From Isochrysis galbana (taxonomy: Eukaryota), in the NCBI GenBank assembly GCA_018136815.1, contig CM030941.1:467528-499527 (forward strand): 32,000 nt of DNA, in the 5' to 3' direction. Numbering within the stretch: position 1 is the first letter of the stretch; the number at the start of each line of letters is the position of its first letter. The position numbers and the translations under genes were made by a program. Shown piece after piece: positions 29,815 through 32,000 of this stretch. The notes beneath the pieces were generated by a model. That model had not been told where the DNA came from and did no database searches. It was given only the letters and a program-made list of their open reading frames with translations.

Positions 29815-32000
29815 ATGGCGGCGGCGGCAGAGGCCTCCGCCTCTCCTTCTTCTCCCCTCGCCGAGCTGCTGGCCTCGCTGGGGCTCGGCCGGTACAGCCG
29901 GCTGTTCGAGGAAGAGGCGATCGACACGCCCGAGCTGCTCACCTCCCTCGGCTCCGCTGCCTTCCCTGAGGCGATGAGAGAGCTTGGGGTCGATGAGTAC
30001 GCTCTCGCCACGCTTCACGCTGCTCTCTTTCCTCAGGCTTCCTCGCGCGCACAGGAGGAGGAGGAGGAGGAGGAGGAGGAGGAGGAGGAGCTGATGCTTG
30101 AGCACAACGACGCGGCTGCCGCAACGTTGTCGCACCCCTCATCGGGGAGACGAGGGGACGACGAGGAGGAGGAGCTGACTCTTGAGCAGAACAATGAGCT
30201 GCCAGTAGACGAGCCGCTCCTCCTCGAGGAGAATGCGCCCGTCGAGTCGGTGGGTCGACGGGGGGGATCGACCACGCCAGCTACGGGAGCGTCACAAGCG
30301 AGTGTCAAGATTGGCATCGGCGCGGCTGAGCAGGCCTCGCGGTACAAGGACGAGGGGAACGTGGCGCAGCAAGCTGGCAGACACACTGAAGCCGTGCAGC
30401 TCTACTCAAAGGCCATCGCGTGCAACCCCCAGGAGGCCGTCTTCTTCTCGAACCGGTCGGCAGCGTACATTTCACTACGCCACTTCCAGGACGCGCTCGC
30501 GGATGCCGACGAGGCCGCGCGGCTTAAGCCAAACTGGGCAAAGGCCCACTCGCGCCGCGGCACAGCGCTAATGGCACTGGGTCGGCCAACGGAGGCGCGC
30601 ACCGCGTTCGAGCGAGCCTCGACGCTCGAGCCGCGCAACGCCCAGCTCCGTGCGATGGTGATAGAGGCAGAGGAGGCAGTGGAGGCAGAGGCCGCCGATG
30701 TGGTGAGTACCGACGGCGGAAGCAACTGGGTGGCTGTGCTGAACGAGGAGGTGCGGCACAAGCCGTTCATGGATGATGCCGCTGAAGCGGCTGAGGGCGG
30801 CTCCGCTATCGAGGAGGCGCTCACTTACGAGAAGTACGCGCGGGAGCTCAACATAGGCCTGCAAGAGCTGAGAGAGGACGGCGCCACCAAACTCGTGGTG
30901 CGCTCGGGGGCGAGGGGCGCGGTGGTCGACGTGGAAGCGATTGCCGCCGCCGACGTGGACACAATCATGCTGGACGGCGTGCTTCGGCGGAGCGGTGCGC
31001 GTTTGAGCGTTCGGGTTTGGCATATCCTCACGCGCTTCGATTGGGAGGACGAGGACGGAGGTGCCGAGGATGACGCGATGCTTGAGCGCGAGATGCGTGC
31101 CAGCTGTGAACGCGAGCGCGCCAGGCTCGAACGGCTTACTGGGGCAGAGGTCTGGAGGAAGCTTGTGAAGAACCTGTCCAACGAGACGGAAGTGGCAGTT
31201 GGTGTAGGAAGTGAAATGCGTCGGTATCCGGCCGTCTTCACTGAGAGGATCGAGGGCCGGCCGCTATTCGCACTCATAGATGCCGACCACGGCTGCGGCG
31301 GCGAGGAATGTGATGAGCCAAGCGCCTCGCTTCTCGACTTGCAGCTTGCAACAGTCAAGGCAGTTGCGCATGCGTGCCTCGTGGCCATGCGCGGAGCTCA
31401 TGAGGTGGGTCTCGCCTTCGAACCATCGGGCACCACAGGACCATTCCCGGCGCACGTGCGCGTCGTGGCGCCGCCCGCCGGATCTCCAGGAACGCTCAAT
31501 ATTTCCGACTTCTCCGTCTGTCTCACGGACGTAGAGGGGCTCCAGGAGATGTCGACCTCATTCACCGCCAAACCGTTGGTCCATTCGCCACTTGGAAACT
31601 TCATCCGCTCTTGGTGGTTGGCCACCGCGCCGAAGCTTGGCGTCGTGAATGGGCAAACGGACAATCAGGAGTACGCCGCTGTACTCTCGCGCTACGGGAC
31701 ACTCAACTGGCTCTTATTTTCATGGGAGGATGAAAGGCTAGGTGGCGAGGAGATACTCAGACTCCTCACTGTCGGCCCCGTTGTTGAGCGCAGCGCGGAG
31801 GACCTCGAAATGGCTCAGCGCCGATGGAATGCCTTCACACAGGAGGCCTTCGTGCGGCTTGGACCACGGCGATTCGACGAGATGAAGGCACAAGTCGCGC
31901 TGATGAACGACGGCGAAATCACCGCCAAGGACGTTGTCGCGAGGGCGAGATACTTCATGTGCCCCGATCACGAGGATCTCCACGAAGCTTTCAAGGAAAT
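29815..32000 (+). CDS. SAM-domain plus TPR-repeat protein, partial (open to the right window edge)
   Basis: Hand translation codon by codon from ATG 29815 to 32000 finds no stop (about 728 codons). The frame is absent from the ORF track because it has no stop in the window. The SAM-like segment is LAELLASLGLGRYSRLFEEEAIDTPELLTSLG...MRELGVDEYALATL. A poly-Glu run, (GAG)~13, lies at about 30052-30090. Three co-chaperone-type TPRs read AEQASRYKDEGNVAQQAGRHTEAVQLYSKAIACNPQEAVFFSNRSAAYISLRHFQDALADADEAARLKPNWAKAHSRRGTALMALGRPTEARTAFERASTLEPRN. Internal introns cannot be excluded. Confidence 0.7.
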   Translation, partial: MAAAAEASASPSSPLAELLASLGLGRYSRLFEEEAIDTPELLTSLGSAAFPEAMRELGVDEYALATLHAALFPQASSRAQEEEEEEEEEEEELMLEHNDAAAATLSHPSSGRRGDDEEEELTLEQNNELPVDEPLLLEENAPVESVGRRGGSTTPATGASQASVKIGIGAAEQASRYKDEGNVAQQAGRHTEAVQLYSKAIACNPQEAVFFSNRSAAYISLRHFQDALADADEAARLKPNWAKAHSRRGTALMALGRPTEARTAFERASTLEPRNAQLRAMVIEAEEAVEAEAADVVSTDGGSNWVAVLNEEVRHKPFMDDAAEAAEGGSAIEEALTYEKYARELNIGLQELREDGATKLVVRSGARGAVVDVEAIAAADVDTIMLDGVLRRSGARLSVRVWHILTRFDWEDEDGGAEDDAMLEREMRASCERERARLERLTGAEVWRKLVKNLSNETEVAVGVGSEMRRYPAVFTERIEGRPLFALIDADHGCGGEECDEPSASLLDLQLATVKAVAHACLVAMRGAHEVGLAFEPSGTTGPFPAHVRVVAPPAGSPGTLNISDFSVCLTDVEGLQEMSTSFTAKPLVHSPLGNFIRSWWLATAPKLGVVNGQTDNQEYAAVLSRYGTLNWLLFSWEDERLGGEEILRLLTVGPVVERSAEDLEMAQRRWNAFTQEAFVRLGPRRFDEMKAQVALMNDGEITAKDVVARARYFMCPDHEDLHEAFKE

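Overview
This window looks like GC-rich eukaryotic nuclear DNA (protist or alga-like; organism not identified), not a prokaryotic locus. The main evidence is that conserved protein domains only become contiguous after removing 17 short introns (about 104-226 nt, almost all GT-AG). CT, GT and homopolymer microsatellites and several transposon remnants point the same way. I found no operon, CRISPR array, rRNA or tRNA, and no support for a bacterial-style 'system'. I can support five genes well and two more weakly. They are a 3-exon hybrid sensor histidine kinase (-), an SMG8-like ORF (-), a 3-exon delta-9-type acyl-CoA desaturase-like gene (+), a 14-exon CTF4/AND-1 replisome adaptor (+), a SAM+TPR protein (+), an MBD-like small ORF (+), and a possible 5' exon (-). 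The SAM+TPR frame runs off the right edge and the possible 5' exon runs off the left edge. Both are missing from the supplied ORF track because they have no stop codon in the window. Many ORF-track 'M' starts are really GTG or TTG codons. Intergenic DNA is a transposon mosaic: an unclassified 0.76-0.92 kb repeat with exact 15-16 bp target-site duplications, a MITE-like foldback, a 5'-truncated LINE, and hAT and gypsy remnants. All domain calls come from motif recognition by eye; no database search or computation was run.
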